Shown one piece after another: positions 38,901-50,388 of a stretch of DNA of 64,000 bases. Source of the stretch: Haliotis rubra (taxonomy: Eukaryota); contig NW_025766976.1 in assembly GCF_003918875.1 (NCBI RefSeq), forward strand, positions 744,001-808,000, given 5' to 3'. Position 1 is the first letter of the stretch, and every line of letters starts with the position of its first letter. The notes under the pieces are model-generated. The model was not told the origin of the DNA, made no database searches, and worked only from the letters and a program-made list of their open reading frames with translations. Made by a program: the position numbers and the translations under genes.

Positions 38901-41900
38901 ACAGGTGCATGTGTAATTTCAGATGGCAATGAGAAGAAAGTCGCTGGCTGCTTGTCTTGGAACAAGAAGGAACAGCAGGCATATGGCATCTGTATATCCT
39001 TATATGAGCAGCATCCAATCAATTTCAAGATGTCAGGTAGGTCCGTACTCTGGCTACCAGAGGACTAGGGAAGAGAATGATGTTTGGCGATGAAATCTTC
39101 AGGTTTCAAGCAGACCTTTAATGACTGAACAGTTCTGAACCACACAATGTGGTCAATGCCTCACGGTCCATGCTATTGGGGTTTGGGGGCGCTGGAGTAG
39201 CCTACGGTTTAAAGCGTTTGCCCGTCACACAGAAGACCGGAGTTCGTTTCCCCACATAGGTATAATGTGTGAAGCCCATTTCTGGTGTCCCATGTCGTGA
39301 TATTGCTGGAATATTGCTAAAGTCGGTGTAAGACCATACTCTCTCACTATTGGGGTTTGAAGACTGCCTGATGACAGGTCACATGTTGTCATTTCCCAGT
39401 TCTCATTTCACTCGGCCTTTTACTAACAATAAAAGGGATGGTTGTGAATGCTTATATTTCATATGTAACAAGTATCAACTGACCAGTCAAGTTTTAAGTG
39501 AACAGGTTTAGACAATAAAATCCATCCAATCCATAATTTGACAAAAATTGTTGTAAAGTTGTTTGGGTGATGCATCCATCTTTACTCTCATCTCACACAA
39601 GCAGACTTGTGTCTATGTCAAACCCAGTTTAGAGTTTGGCTTCATGTTCAGATTGTTAATAAAGTAGGTGAAGGATATTTGATTTCTGTGAAAAGTACAC
39701 TGAAAAATTAAGATGAAATTATATGTCAAATCCTTCATAATGAGTATGGGGCGGTGGTGTAGCCTAGTGGTTAAATCATTCACTTGTCATGCTGAAGGCC
39801 TGTGTTCGATTCNNNNNNNNNNNNNNNNNNNNNNNNNNNNNNNNNNNNNNNNNNNNNNNNNNNNNNNNNNNNNNNNNNNNNNNNNNNNNNNNNNNNNNNN
39901 NNNNNNNNNNNNNNNNNNNNNNNNNNNNNNNNNNNNNNNNNNNNNNNNNNNNNNNNNNNNNNNNNNNNNNNNNNNNNNNNNNNNNNNNNNNNNNNNNNNN
40001 NNNNNNNNNNNNNNNNNNNNNNNNNNNNNNNNNNNNNNNNNNNNNNNNNNCAGCTAATCAATTGATCTAACAGTTTTAGACTCCATAGGGCACCCTGTAT
40101 CGTACCCTGTACCATTACAACTATATTTGAAGAGAAAACTATGAGTCCTAACAAATCTTTTCTGGTCTAATATTAGCAAGCTTGTGTCTGTTTCAGTTTC
40201 CTGTTCAATGTATGCTGTACCAGTTAGAGGAATACGAAAGCTTCATTGTTTAGGTATGAAAATATTAAGATGCACCATCTTTCTGTGATCATTATCTCTC
40301 AAATGTGTCTTTATGCAGGTGACCCGGTAGCTGATGCCTTTGCGATCTGTGCCAGGAAGAACAACACTATCCTGCTGATTGCTGATGGTGTCAACTGGGG
40401 GGAAAAGTCCAGGCTGGCTGCTCGCTGTGCTCTCTATGGCAGCATGAACTTCATCAACAAGAGGATATTTGAGGATAAGAAACCACCCTTGTCAACACAG
40501 GTTAGTCTTAATTGTTTACATTGTCCTGTGGAATGTTATCAGGCTTTTACCTTGTCTTGAGTGACTTGTTTCAAAGCATGGGCAGAGGTACAGATAAGCT
40601 GCGAATCTGCGTAAATTACGCAAATATTTATGTGAAAACTTAATTCCCATTGAGTTCTTTGCGTACAAGTACCCTTGAGGTTTTGTAAAGGCTCAATAAA
40701 TTTGATCTTACATGCATGCATACAAAAATGTCAAATCTTAGCTTGCGTACCTGTAGATAGATAAAACAACTGGGGTATATTGAGAGGTTCTATTTCAACA
40801 CATGAACTTGAAATATAAATAACAAACACGTAAACCGACATTTAAACTTTATTATATTTTCACAGTTAATGGAAAATGGCAAAATACCAAATTGAGTTCA
40901 AGTGAGGTGGGTACAATTTGTTAGGTTACTCAAAGGAAAATTAGGATACCCAAATGAGATGAACACAAGCGAGTACATAACTCAATGACCCAAAAAGCTA
41001 TCTGTAGCTCCCTGGTGGGTTTCCATCAGTAATATGGGATGTGTTTATCCCAAGAGACAGGTAATGTTTTCAGCTTGATGTGGGTTCTGCAGAAGCTTTT
41101 AACAGGAAAGCATTATTAGCTTTCCCATACGGTAAAGTGCCCCAGTAAAAATGGATTGGGTGTCAGTCTTGGTGACAATGTCATTGTATCCTGGTGGACG
41201 TGGATTGTTGCTCACAATTTCAATCACTGGATTGCCTGGTCCTTATTTAATGATATAGGCTATCATATAGCTGGGAAAGTGTTAAATGTAGTACTCAACT
41301 AGAAACAAAAATAGAAAAAGGTTCTTTAGCTGGTCTTATGAACTTAAACCATCTTTCTTTCTTCCATATAATGACTAGAGGTACCTTTCTCAATATCATT
41401 CTATATTTTCGTTCTTGCCAATGTCATAGGGGCTTGTAACGCTAAAAACTGCCATCAAGGTATGTACTGTCACTGACGGGGTCTTAGTACTATATAGAAG
41501 GACTTTTATATAGTACTAAGACCCCGTCAATGACAGTACATACCTTGATCGCAGTTTTTAGCGTTACAAGCCCCTGTGGCCAATGTCACTTACTTGGGTA
41601 TGACACCTGAATCTTTTGTGTGCTATCATCAGTCGAGCACGTAATACCTTCTCTTGTATATATGTAATGTGGAAATTATTTTTAAAATGATGTTGACACC
41701 TTTGCACTTTCATGTCAACATGTCAGCTGTCAACTGACAGTCATGTCAAGTGTCATTAGATTCAGTAAACTAGAACACTTTATGGCATCATTTGGCTTTT
41801 ATATGTGAATTATGTATTTGTGCATTTTGAAAAAAAAAATTAAAATATGCAGTTGTGCATTGGCACATACATAACCAATGTATCCATGAATGCAATGTAA

Positions 41901-43147
41901 TGTTTCTTTCACAGGATGTTCTCCAGTTGTTGCGACGTTCGTTCAATGAAGCTCATCGTATCATTCTGGAGAAGGAAGGAGGTCTCACAACGATGTGTGC
42001 GTGTATGATTTGCCCTGTAGCCAACTCTGATGAACATGCTGTGTGCTGTGTGAACGTTGGAGATAGTTTTGGATTTGTTTTCAGTCATAACAACGGCATA
42101 CGTGAAGTGACGATAGGATCACATGACGTTTCTTCTGAGCGTGACATCCGTGATGCGGGAGGAGCCTTGGGTCCAGTGGATGGCAAAAACCCAGAACTGC
42201 ATAATTTGACTTATTCTCTGACCTTTTGTCGTGCAGGAGATGTTGTGTTCCTCACCACTGACGGGATCTCAGACAATTTTGACCCGGTTGTGACTAAGAT
42301 TGCGCTTCCTCGTAGATCAAATGATGACAACTTTAATAACATGTCCCCTGATTCTCCACACGCTGCAATGCATGCTAAACCCGAGATGGAACCCAGAGAG
42401 AGACACATATACTCAATGAAGGAGATGGAGCGTGTGGTTCATGAGTATGAACTCATCACAGAGGAGAACTGCTCTGCACAGGAGCTGTGTGGAGCTATGG
42501 TGCAACATGTCCTCATGCTAACTGATGGGAAACGTAAGATTCTTGAGAACCCTGCGCTATATGCTCGAAGGAAAATGACTTCCACAGAGCGAAAAAGACG
42601 TGATTCTGAGATAGTTGAGAAAATGTCCAAAGCTCCTGGGAAGTTAGATCATGCATCCATAGTTGCTATAGAAGTTGGTGCTTTTGATCCAGTGGATGAA
42701 GAGAATGAGGAGAATGTGTTCCCTGTTGATAATACAACTACCTCTGACTGTAACCCTGTCATAGCAGGCCCTCAGACTCTCCCTCTGCCCAGCCCCACAC
42801 ATGCAACCTCACCTCTCTCACCAACATCACCAAACTCAAAAAAATCCGGACCAAAGAAGTTTTTTGCTAAGCTGAAGAATATCCCATCTCCAACTCTTCC
42901 TTCTCCAAGTCGTTCCACCCCATCCTCCCTCCAAATCTCCCCCAGGAAGTCCCGGCATCGATGGGGACGTTCACGGCATGAATCTGAATCTGGAGTGCCC
43001 ACCTCCCCAACTGTTCCCCAATCTCCAACCATACCTGAATCTCCACTAGAGGCAGAATATGACCCTGCTAGACACTTGTGCTCCCCGAAGACTAAGAACA
43101 AAGGAAAAGAGTACCAAAGAAGCTTATCGTGTGAGTCTGCTCTGTAG
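26894..43147 (+). CDS. CG9801: PP2C-like domain-containing protein, CG9801 family (multi-exon; join 26894-26904?, 37922-38079, 38899/38905/38923-39036, 40319-40500, 41915-43147)
   Basis: All introns are GT-AG with matching phases (2,1,1,0). PP2C motifs [26 protein letters not shown] and GKLDHASIV closely resemble Drosophila CG9801 as I recall it. The first coding exon is tentative. Confidence 0.85.
28337..28802. mobile_element. non-autonomous hAT-type element
   Basis: Termini TAGGACTG / CAGCCCTA, 8-bp TSD ctgta(t/g)gc and subterminal GCAATAC repeats. Confidence 0.75.
30192..30520 (+). mobile_element. SINE family C (V-SINE-like) nested in a degenerate family B copy (~29990-30570)
   Basis: tRNA B box; central GGACTGGTTGGCTCGGAGTCAGTATAAT..GTCTGAGTGGGG resembles the V-SINE domain (from memory); (ACCTC)n tail; 13-bp TSD tcatagagctgga (30179-30191 / 30521-30533). 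Confidence 0.8.
30706..30900 (+). mobile_element. SINE family B, degenerate
   Basis: gaagatccagtttagaattgatcttcag...gctggaatattg. Confidence 0.7.
33386..36420 (-). mobile_element. decayed hAT (Ac/ZBED1-like) DNA transposon, transposase pseudogene with apparent introns
   Basis: BED finger [27 protein letters not shown] (~36140-36275), DMRPFS..EGFK, catalytic [23 protein letters not shown] and the dimerisation motif [18 protein letters not shown]; TTCGA subterminal repeats at 33415-33485. Confidence 0.88.
36581..37253 (-). mobile_element. SINE family B split by a ~425-bp MITE-like insert (36751-37176)
   Basis: ccaccc is duplicated at the junctions; the insert is an inverted copy of 40591-41004. 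Confidence 0.75.
37922..38079 (+). CDS. CG9801: PP2C-like gene exon ([34 protein letters not shown])
   Basis: ttacag acceptor and A|GTAGGG donor; SGPDxGL motif as in the CG9801 N-terminal region. Confidence 0.75.
38899..39036 (+). CDS. CG9801: PP2C-like gene exon (..[33 protein letters not shown]); acceptor may be 38899, 38905 or 38923
   Basis: AYGI.ISLYE motif; donor G|GTAGGT; phase 1 on both sides. Confidence 0.8.
39186..39347 (+). mobile_element. SINE family A
   Basis: TSD ctattggggtttg. Confidence 0.85.
39813..40050. other. assembly gap (N), preceded by a family A SINE head at 39747-39812
   Basis: Run of N. Confidence 1.
40319..40500 (+). CDS. CG9801: PP2C-like gene exon ([29 protein letters not shown])
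   Basis: atgcag acceptor and CAG|GTTAGT donor; PP2C motifs 1 and 2. Confidence 0.9.
40591..41004. mobile_element. MITE-like element (TA-flanked)
   Basis: TA|CAGATA ... TATCTG|TA ends; a second, inverted copy lies at 36751-37176. Confidence 0.6.
41425..41578. mobile_element. 154-bp foldback MITE (P-element/hAT-like)
   Basis: The whole element is an inverted repeat, with CA(T/C)AGGGG termini and an 8-bp TSD gccaatgt (41417-41424 / 41579-41586). Confidence 0.85.
41915..43147 (+). CDS. CG9801: PP2C-like gene terminal coding exon (catalytic core plus Ser/Pro-rich tail ending ESAL)
   Basis: ttctttcacag acceptor; 430-aa ORF in the track; NVGDS, DGISDN and KLDH motifs. Confidence 0.92.
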   Translation, partial: DVLQLLRRSFNEAHRIILEKEGGLTTMCACMICPVANSDEHAVCCVNVGDSFGFVFSHNNGIREVTIGSHDVSSERDIRDAGGALGPVDGKNPELHNLTYSLTFCRAGDVVFLTTDGISDNFDPVVTKIALPRRSNDDNFNNMSPDSPHAAMHAKPEMEPRERHIYSMKEMERVVHEYELITEENCSAQELCGAMVQHVLMLTDGKRKILENPALYARRKMTSTERKRRDSEIVEKMSKAPGKLDHASIVAIEVGAFDPVDEENEENVFPVDNTTTSDCNPVIAGPQTLPLPSPTHATSPLSPTSPNSKKSGPKKFFAKLKNIPSPTLPSPSRSTPSSLQISPRKSRHRWGRSRHESESGVPTSPTVPQSPTIPESPLEAEYDPARHLCSPKTKNKGKEYQRSLSCESAL

Positions 43148-46100
43148 GCCAATGGTGACTTTGTGATCTCTACCACTCGGTAAACGTGATACGTAGATTT
43201 GTATCTAATGTTTCTCTAGGTATTATTCACAAACTGTACAAAAGATGTTTTGAAATATACTTTGGAGTCCTAGTTAAATAATGTTTGTGTGTTATGATAA
43301 GTTATGGAGGTAGATTAAGCTGGAAAACAGAATGATGAGGAACTGGTTGAAGCAGTGACTGGTAACCATATTTACAATGACTGAACCAGTGTTACTGTTC
43401 ATGTCATGAAATTTTATGAAGTAAGATAAATTATCTTATCAGATTTTTTGTTTGGCACATGGTTATTACCGAAAGTTGCACTGAATGCAAGTAGGTTTCA
43501 TTTCCTTAAATTGAGCCCTGAATTTTAATCCAGAGAGTGAACATCATGAAAGCCCATTCTCCTCATTTTATACAGAACTTGATGGCAAATTTTTTTCCCC
43601 CAATCCAAGTAGTCTACTGTTGTGTATTTGATCATTATACCTTACAAGGAAACAGTGGTACTCCAGTGGCATTGTTTTAATGGCTACCCTAAAAGGTTAT
43701 GTGTTTCTTACCTCGGTACTAGGAGTTATTGTTACTACTATGATTAGTAAGGTATTTTAAAACATTTGGGTTAACAATCTTTTTCTTACTAATATCTTAC
43801 TGGTTGCTGGTCCTTTACTTTTGAAAGTGTCAAAACTGCTGTTGAAAGTCCTAATCATGATGATATTCTACTCCAAAGAGTTAAAGGACCAACCAATTCT
43901 TTTACACTACTGTACACTACTCTACACTACTCTAACTCGGTAATATGAAAGAATTGAGTGGTTTTTAACTTGTTCTGATTACTGATGTTATTGACGAAGA
44001 CAGGAATGATTCTGAAATTCCATGATCACACCAACTGTATCTGTCTAGTGTCTATATACTGCAGTTTTTGTATAGATTGTGATTATTTTATATAAGCTGA
44101 TAGTGAAGGAATGTCATATGTTAAAGTGATAGGATATTGATGTTGTGGTTAGTTGTAGTGAAGTGATGAAAACAAATCTGTAAAATGGAGACAACCAAAG
44201 AAAACTGGTTATTTTATATGTGCCAGTGTATAACATGGTTCTATGGAGAAGAAAAATGTAAAGTAATTCTTTATTGGTGATGAAACCAAACCAGTCTCAG
44301 TAAAATCAGATCTTACTGCTCTAAGTCACTACACAAATATCTGTGGACATAACATCGCAGGTCACATCAGAATGGCTTTTCCACCCAATCACCATGATCA
44401 AGAGTGTTGCTATCTCGATAGCAAAAGTAAAAGTCCAACTGTGTTTTCTCATTATGCAGCCTCAAAAAGGTATATATTAGGAATAATGATTGAAGCATCA
44501 TCTCTCGCTTCAATGGGATAAAATATTATGGAATTATTTTCCATAGTCTGTTAAAGTACTGCCATACAATCTTGACAAGCTTTTACACTTGCAGGATATT
44601 CTAATATACGGTTTTCAAACTTTGAATTGAGAGCTTGATTAAAATATTTGTCAAAAAGTTGTCCAGAATGGAAGTGTCTATTTTTAAATGTAGAGCTTGA
44701 GATGGCTGTTTTCTGATTTGCCAATATCAGCTGACATAAGGTGTAATGGAATATCTTCGGGTCTTTGTGTAGTTATAGCAAGCACTTGATCTGATTTTCA
44801 TGAGATTTGGAAGCAAAGTGAATAGTGTTTAATGTGTGAGTTGTTTATAACATAAGTAATGTATTTACTATTAACACTTTATGAAATGTTATCAAATAAA
44901 TTGCATACTTCTTGGAAAAGCAGCATGTTAAACATTTACTGCTGAGGTCTTACAGACAAAATAAAAAGACATGCAACAAATACTTGCATCACATGATTGT
45001 AATGTGTATAGCATAACTCAGGAAGACTATTTGGGTACCTGGGCCACAAGATTTGTAATGCTAGGTAACAAAGCAAATAAACTGAGACAATTTGTGATTT
45101 GTTCAGCTTCAATCATGTAAAGTTTGTGCTTACGAGAACTGGCAGGGTTGGTAGTTTTGCTAAATACTTTAATCTATAGTATTTATATATTTTAAATATT
45201 TTGCCAACATATGAATAGACTATTTATCTATAAGAAAATATAATTTCCCTATGTTTGGATGAAGATTTTGAAAATATGCATGTTTATTTATCTCAATATG
45301 CTGTGACATTCAACTGATGACGTCATACAGTGTTGAGAGGTCACACACCAAGGTTACCATGCAGTGACGTCATTGTATAAAGAATATGGCAGGGCTACTT
45401 TCATTCACTTCTGTCATAAGCAGTATAACATGATGAAAAGAAATGTAATTCAATTTTTTTTTATTCAGAACCTCATATATTTGACTATTTTAGCTTGTGA
45501 TTCTTGGCTTAAAATGGTGATATTTTGATTTTGTATATCCTTAGCTTGAAGCAAACACCAGTATATTGGTGCTGTTCTGTATAACAAGTCTTATGATTAC
45601 TATTTCTGTTAATGACATCACAATGTCAGTATTGGCAAACAACAAGAGAGGTAAGATGAAACCTCAGTTTCCAGTATGTAGTTTGTATACAGTATGTACA
45701 GGTCTATTATAGAAAAGTTACTAAAGTGAGTTCAAAGACACAGAACTCTGCATGCTGTTTGTCTTTTATCCAAACTAAAATATTGACTAGCAAAAATATT
45801 GGATTATTGGATTTTGAGAACTAAAACTTCGCTGGTTGAGTACAATATAACAACAGATGGGTTTTATATCGTCATTTTCTTAATACAACCCAGTGTGGTA
45901 AAAGAATAGCATGCATATTTCTTTGTTTTTTCTTTGTTTGGTTCGACTGAGCTAATGCCACCCTCACGTGTGATATCCTTAACCAATCTTCAAGAGTAAC
46001 GGCATGTACAGTAGCTACGACTCTGATTCTGTAAGAGGTAATATTGTTGATGTTATTTATTTCACTGAAATGTATTTTAATATGTAATTTTATGCATTTT

Positions 46101-48829
46101 TTTCATTATCTGAATTTTACTGATTTAATGAGTCAGGAACAGTATTATTTATCTGTTAGTGTTGTTGTTGTTGCATGTGGTTCACAAATTTCTCTATTAC
46201 ATCTTTTAGTAACCATAGAAACAGGGTTGATGTGAATTATTTATGTTGATATATCTCTGTACCTATGCATGTAGGGCTTTCTGTAGAATACCCATTTTGT
46301 GTTTAAAGACTTGATAATGACACATTAACTTGATGATTAAGAATCTCATGGGGTTTGAGATCTGTCATGAAAAGGAGGTTTAACAAACTACTGAAAGGGC
46401 ATTAAAACTGATATACATTGCAATATACTTGAATATATTACCCCTTAATTATTAAGGGGTTATGATAAGTAATGTTTAATTTTTGAAGTGCTACATAAGT
46501 TGACTTCTCATTAGGGGGTTATGGTTCATGCACACAGAAACTAATTTTATTTAACATATTCTTCCATTAAGTCTTCTATAACTTTTCAAGCAGGTTTAGT
46601 TTGTCTGGTTTGTTATATGATGGTAGCAAAAGCACAGTAGTCAGTATTCATAATATGGTAATCATTTATGCAACCTCTTTGGTACAATGGATTGATATTA
46701 TTTGAACAGAGATTAAGCACCTCCCATGACCTGCCTATTTAGTACCATCATAGCAAGCTTATGTAAGACTCACATCATATTTAACTCCCATTTACTTAAC
46801 TCAAATTGGAATTTCATACCTCAAAGATATCCTTGCATGTATGGATAGATGTGTTTTGTTATGTCATAACAAGAACAACAAAGGAAAGGTGTGTTTAATC
46901 AGTTGGAATTTCTTATTTATTATTATTTAGGTTTGTTTATCAGTGTAGTGTATGTGTATTATGTAGCAAGGGTTAAACATTATGTAGTGCCATTTTCAGT
47001 AAATAAGATCTGTGCGTGTTCATGGATAGTCACCAATTTGGGTTCCCACTGACATAATACTTTACAAATAACTTCAAAATATGTCAACAATATTTCAAGC
47101 ACAGACTACATATTTGTGACATTAATTAAGTCAGCAGCATTTGATGAAAGATAGACAGATATCAGTATTTCTGCATGCAAGTGATCAGCAGATAATGACG
47201 ATATTTAGTTTATGATCTCAATTACTGAACCAGATGAGTTTGACCTCTTCGATTCTTTTGACATATAGTATTTGACATAAGTGTAAATGTATTACTGCAC
47301 GTCTTGTATTGAAACCTTAAAACCAATTCAACAGGAGGAAATTAGTCATTCACTAATTTCAGTTAATTCGTACATGCTAGTATATTCATCATGTATAATA
47401 CATACATACCACAGACTAGAGGCTACAGACAGACAGACTGTCATTGAGTTTGATATGACTCAGTTTGTTATGGAATGACCTTTGGTTCCAGGTGAACAGA
47501 AATTATATGTAGACCACTTAAGGCTGAAGCTGCCCAGTAAATCCCCTATTTCAAAGGTTGTGCTAAGTAGCAACAGTTCGAGTAGAAAGACCTCATCTGT
47601 GTTAGAATAATAGTTAAGATTTCTATGTTGAATGGCACACGTGGGCATATGGCGCAACGTGAAAAGTAGGTTTGTGGTTGTGAATTAGACGGCTAAAACA
47701 CGTAAATATGTGCTAGAAAACTTTGACCCCCGTGAATCACCAAATTGTCAGATCTAAAGCTTGAAGCCTATTTCTGGGTTCATACAAATAGGACATTGTA
47801 AGGTTCCTAACAGGGTTGGGGAAGTTGCCGTCGTCAATGCTGCAGTGTATGTAAAATAACCAAATCTCCAAAGACAATCACGTTTCCTATGCAAAACCTA
47901 TCATTTCGGTTCGGCTGTGTACGTTGCAAGTTGTTTGTCGTAAGCAAATAAGTTTGTCCTGTGTAATATTTTTATTTACAATTTCTTCTGTATTTTTCTA
48001 TTTGACATGGTATCCTTTTATATCTATTTATAGTTTGATCACGTGCGCATCAACTATTTTGCATGGACAGTTGTCTCGAGTTAAATGATCAGCTTGTAGC
48101 AGTACGTCTAAAACATTGCTTCATCGTCTTCAGCGGCTGCTGTGACGTCATCACATCCGGGTAACATTTGGTTATCACCATTTATTTTCTGCAGTGGAGT
48201 TTTGACCCCGAGTGGTGTTCCAACGTAGTTTTTAAAAGTTTCCGTGCTGTGGCAGACCCTTGAAGCGAAGCTATGACTTAAAAAATATACTGGTTACATG
48301 CATTGCGAACGTGGAGCGGGTCCGAGTTGAATATATTGAAGTCGACAGGCGGCTGATGCATTAGAAACAAGGCTGTCATGAAGTCCTGATAACTCGAATC
48401 TCCGAATTTTCAACCGTTGTATTTATCCTGTGACAGTAGCTGGTAAATGTATGTGCAAAGACCGGTTACAACAAACTGTTGGTTTTGAAGATAATATACA
48501 ATCATTCCATTTCATAGCCAATAAAATTGTTACTGATTATTGTCGTGTTTTTTTTACTTTGAGTTTATTTTGCGATCGTGGAAAGAAGATTTACATGTTA
48601 TCAGGGAGGGGAATGTTGAGTTTTACGTCACTACTCTCTCTCTCTCTCTCTCTGATAAAGATACCGCGGCCGAGGTAATCCACATCATACTTAGTGAGGG
48701 ACAAAAGTCCCAGATATCCACGACTCTGGTAAGACCTTTGGCCATGGTTCGATGCTTTGACAGACACAGAGTCATTGTCAAGAGGAATCGCGGATTCCAG
48801 CTCATGGCACAACTTCAGAACATGTCCAT

Positions 48830-48982
48830 ATTTCTTATACGCCGGACTGTAATATTCTGCAATTGGAATACGATGACATGCACCAACAAAGTCACCGAGC
48901 CTAAACACCCGATGCCGTTGGTCTTCTCAAACGACAAGCCTTGGTTAAAGAACACCAATTTTAACCCGGATCTTTACGGGTC
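48830..48982 (-). mobile_element. SINE family B, partial but with an intact 5' end
   Basis: Ends ttaacccggatctttacgggtc. Confidence 0.7.
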
Positions 48983-50272
48983 TATGTCCATATAATAACC
49001 TTTACTGATAATGTGTTGATAATCACAACTGCAAAATTCAACATTGCCAATAGGTCGATCTGCTCCGCAAACTACAAAGCCAATACCACATTCAGTTCGC
49101 AACCTACTTGTGTAATTATTCAAATATATGGATCTATGAATTATTTAACCTTTCCCCATAGAGCGTTTTCTGATATAACACACTTGTCTGTCTACAGGGA
49201 AATAAGTGACAACTGCAATGATTCTAAATTGTTTTATTTATAAAAGGCTTCACTCCGCCCATCCAGAACTGCAGGATCCTGAGGGATCCAATCAAGAAAC
49301 TGTGCCATACAACATCACTGGCAGATAATTGCCACCCACATCACTTTTGCCCCATTGAGATGCCTCAATTCACTACAGTCATTATCATTACACCCATGGG
49401 ACTACTTTGCAAAATATACATAAGGGCAATAAAAATAAAAGTTGTAAGTAAAAGCAAAACTAGGCTATTATGACAAAACACCTGCTATTGAAACAGCAAT
49501 CTAAATTAAAATAACATTCATAACATACAACTATGAAAATATACACTGTAAGAAAATATATTCCATCGCCTGAATACAAAATGTATTAGTACCTCTGTAA
49601 GCTGGACCATATGACTTATTTATATTGATACAGCACGTTATCGATGATGGTTAGTAGGGTAATGTTACACATTGTCCGCTGGAACACGTGTATTGGGAGC
49701 GCAAAGCTCATCAATATACTACATTTGCTGAGGACTACGCCTTTGACTAAAGATAACTATATCGGTCTTTAGCAAATGTTGGTGGTGAATTACACTGACG
49801 CAGGATAAGCTGGAAGCGGCGACATCAACGAACACATTAACCCTGCGCTGTTTATGCAGTCAGAAGGGTCACTGTCCGCTTTTCCCAGCGCCCCGTTGGT
49901 AGCACTGCCGGAATACACAGTGTCCACACTGTACTTCTTTTTACACTTCCGGCGCGGAGATGAACGCTGTAGCATTGCTTGGCGCCCTCTGGTGATAGGC
50001 ATATTGTTAGACACTGTGTAATGTTCTAACGGTCCTTTTGCAATGCCACAATCTTTTATTGCAGCACAGACAAGACACCACTGCTTCAGATGCATCTTTG
50101 TAAACACCCTTACTCTGGCACATTCTACTGACACGTATACTCTTGTCAGTAGGTGTCCTTGTTCTGCCGTTGTTTTCATCATGGGTCGTTTGACCGAGGT
50201 GTGTAAATTCCAACTGATGAAGGTGTGTGTATCCCAATGATGAAGGTGTCTATATCCCAATGATGAAGGTGA

Positions 50273-50388
50273 CTAATTCCAACTGATTAAGAACACAGCG
50301 GAGACCACAAGACATGCAATGGATGGTAACACGTGACTGCCAGAGGCCATAATGATACTCGTCGTGGGGTCGTACCTCACCTGGCCCT
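50273..50388 (-). CDS. Cont: contactin-like last exon, GPI-anchor signal (EGQVRYDPTTSIIMASGSHVLPSIACLVVSAVFLISWN*)
   Basis: Poly-T CAG acceptor, phase 1; small residues ASG followed by a hydrophobic tail; TAG at 50275-50273. Confidence 0.85.

Noticed and set aside
17877-40154. ORFs containing X runs
   Set aside because: Artefacts of translating across the four N-gaps.
49790-50260. 156-aa minus-strand ORF
   Set aside because: It lies immediately after the contactin stop, in the presumed 3' UTR, and has no recognisable motif.
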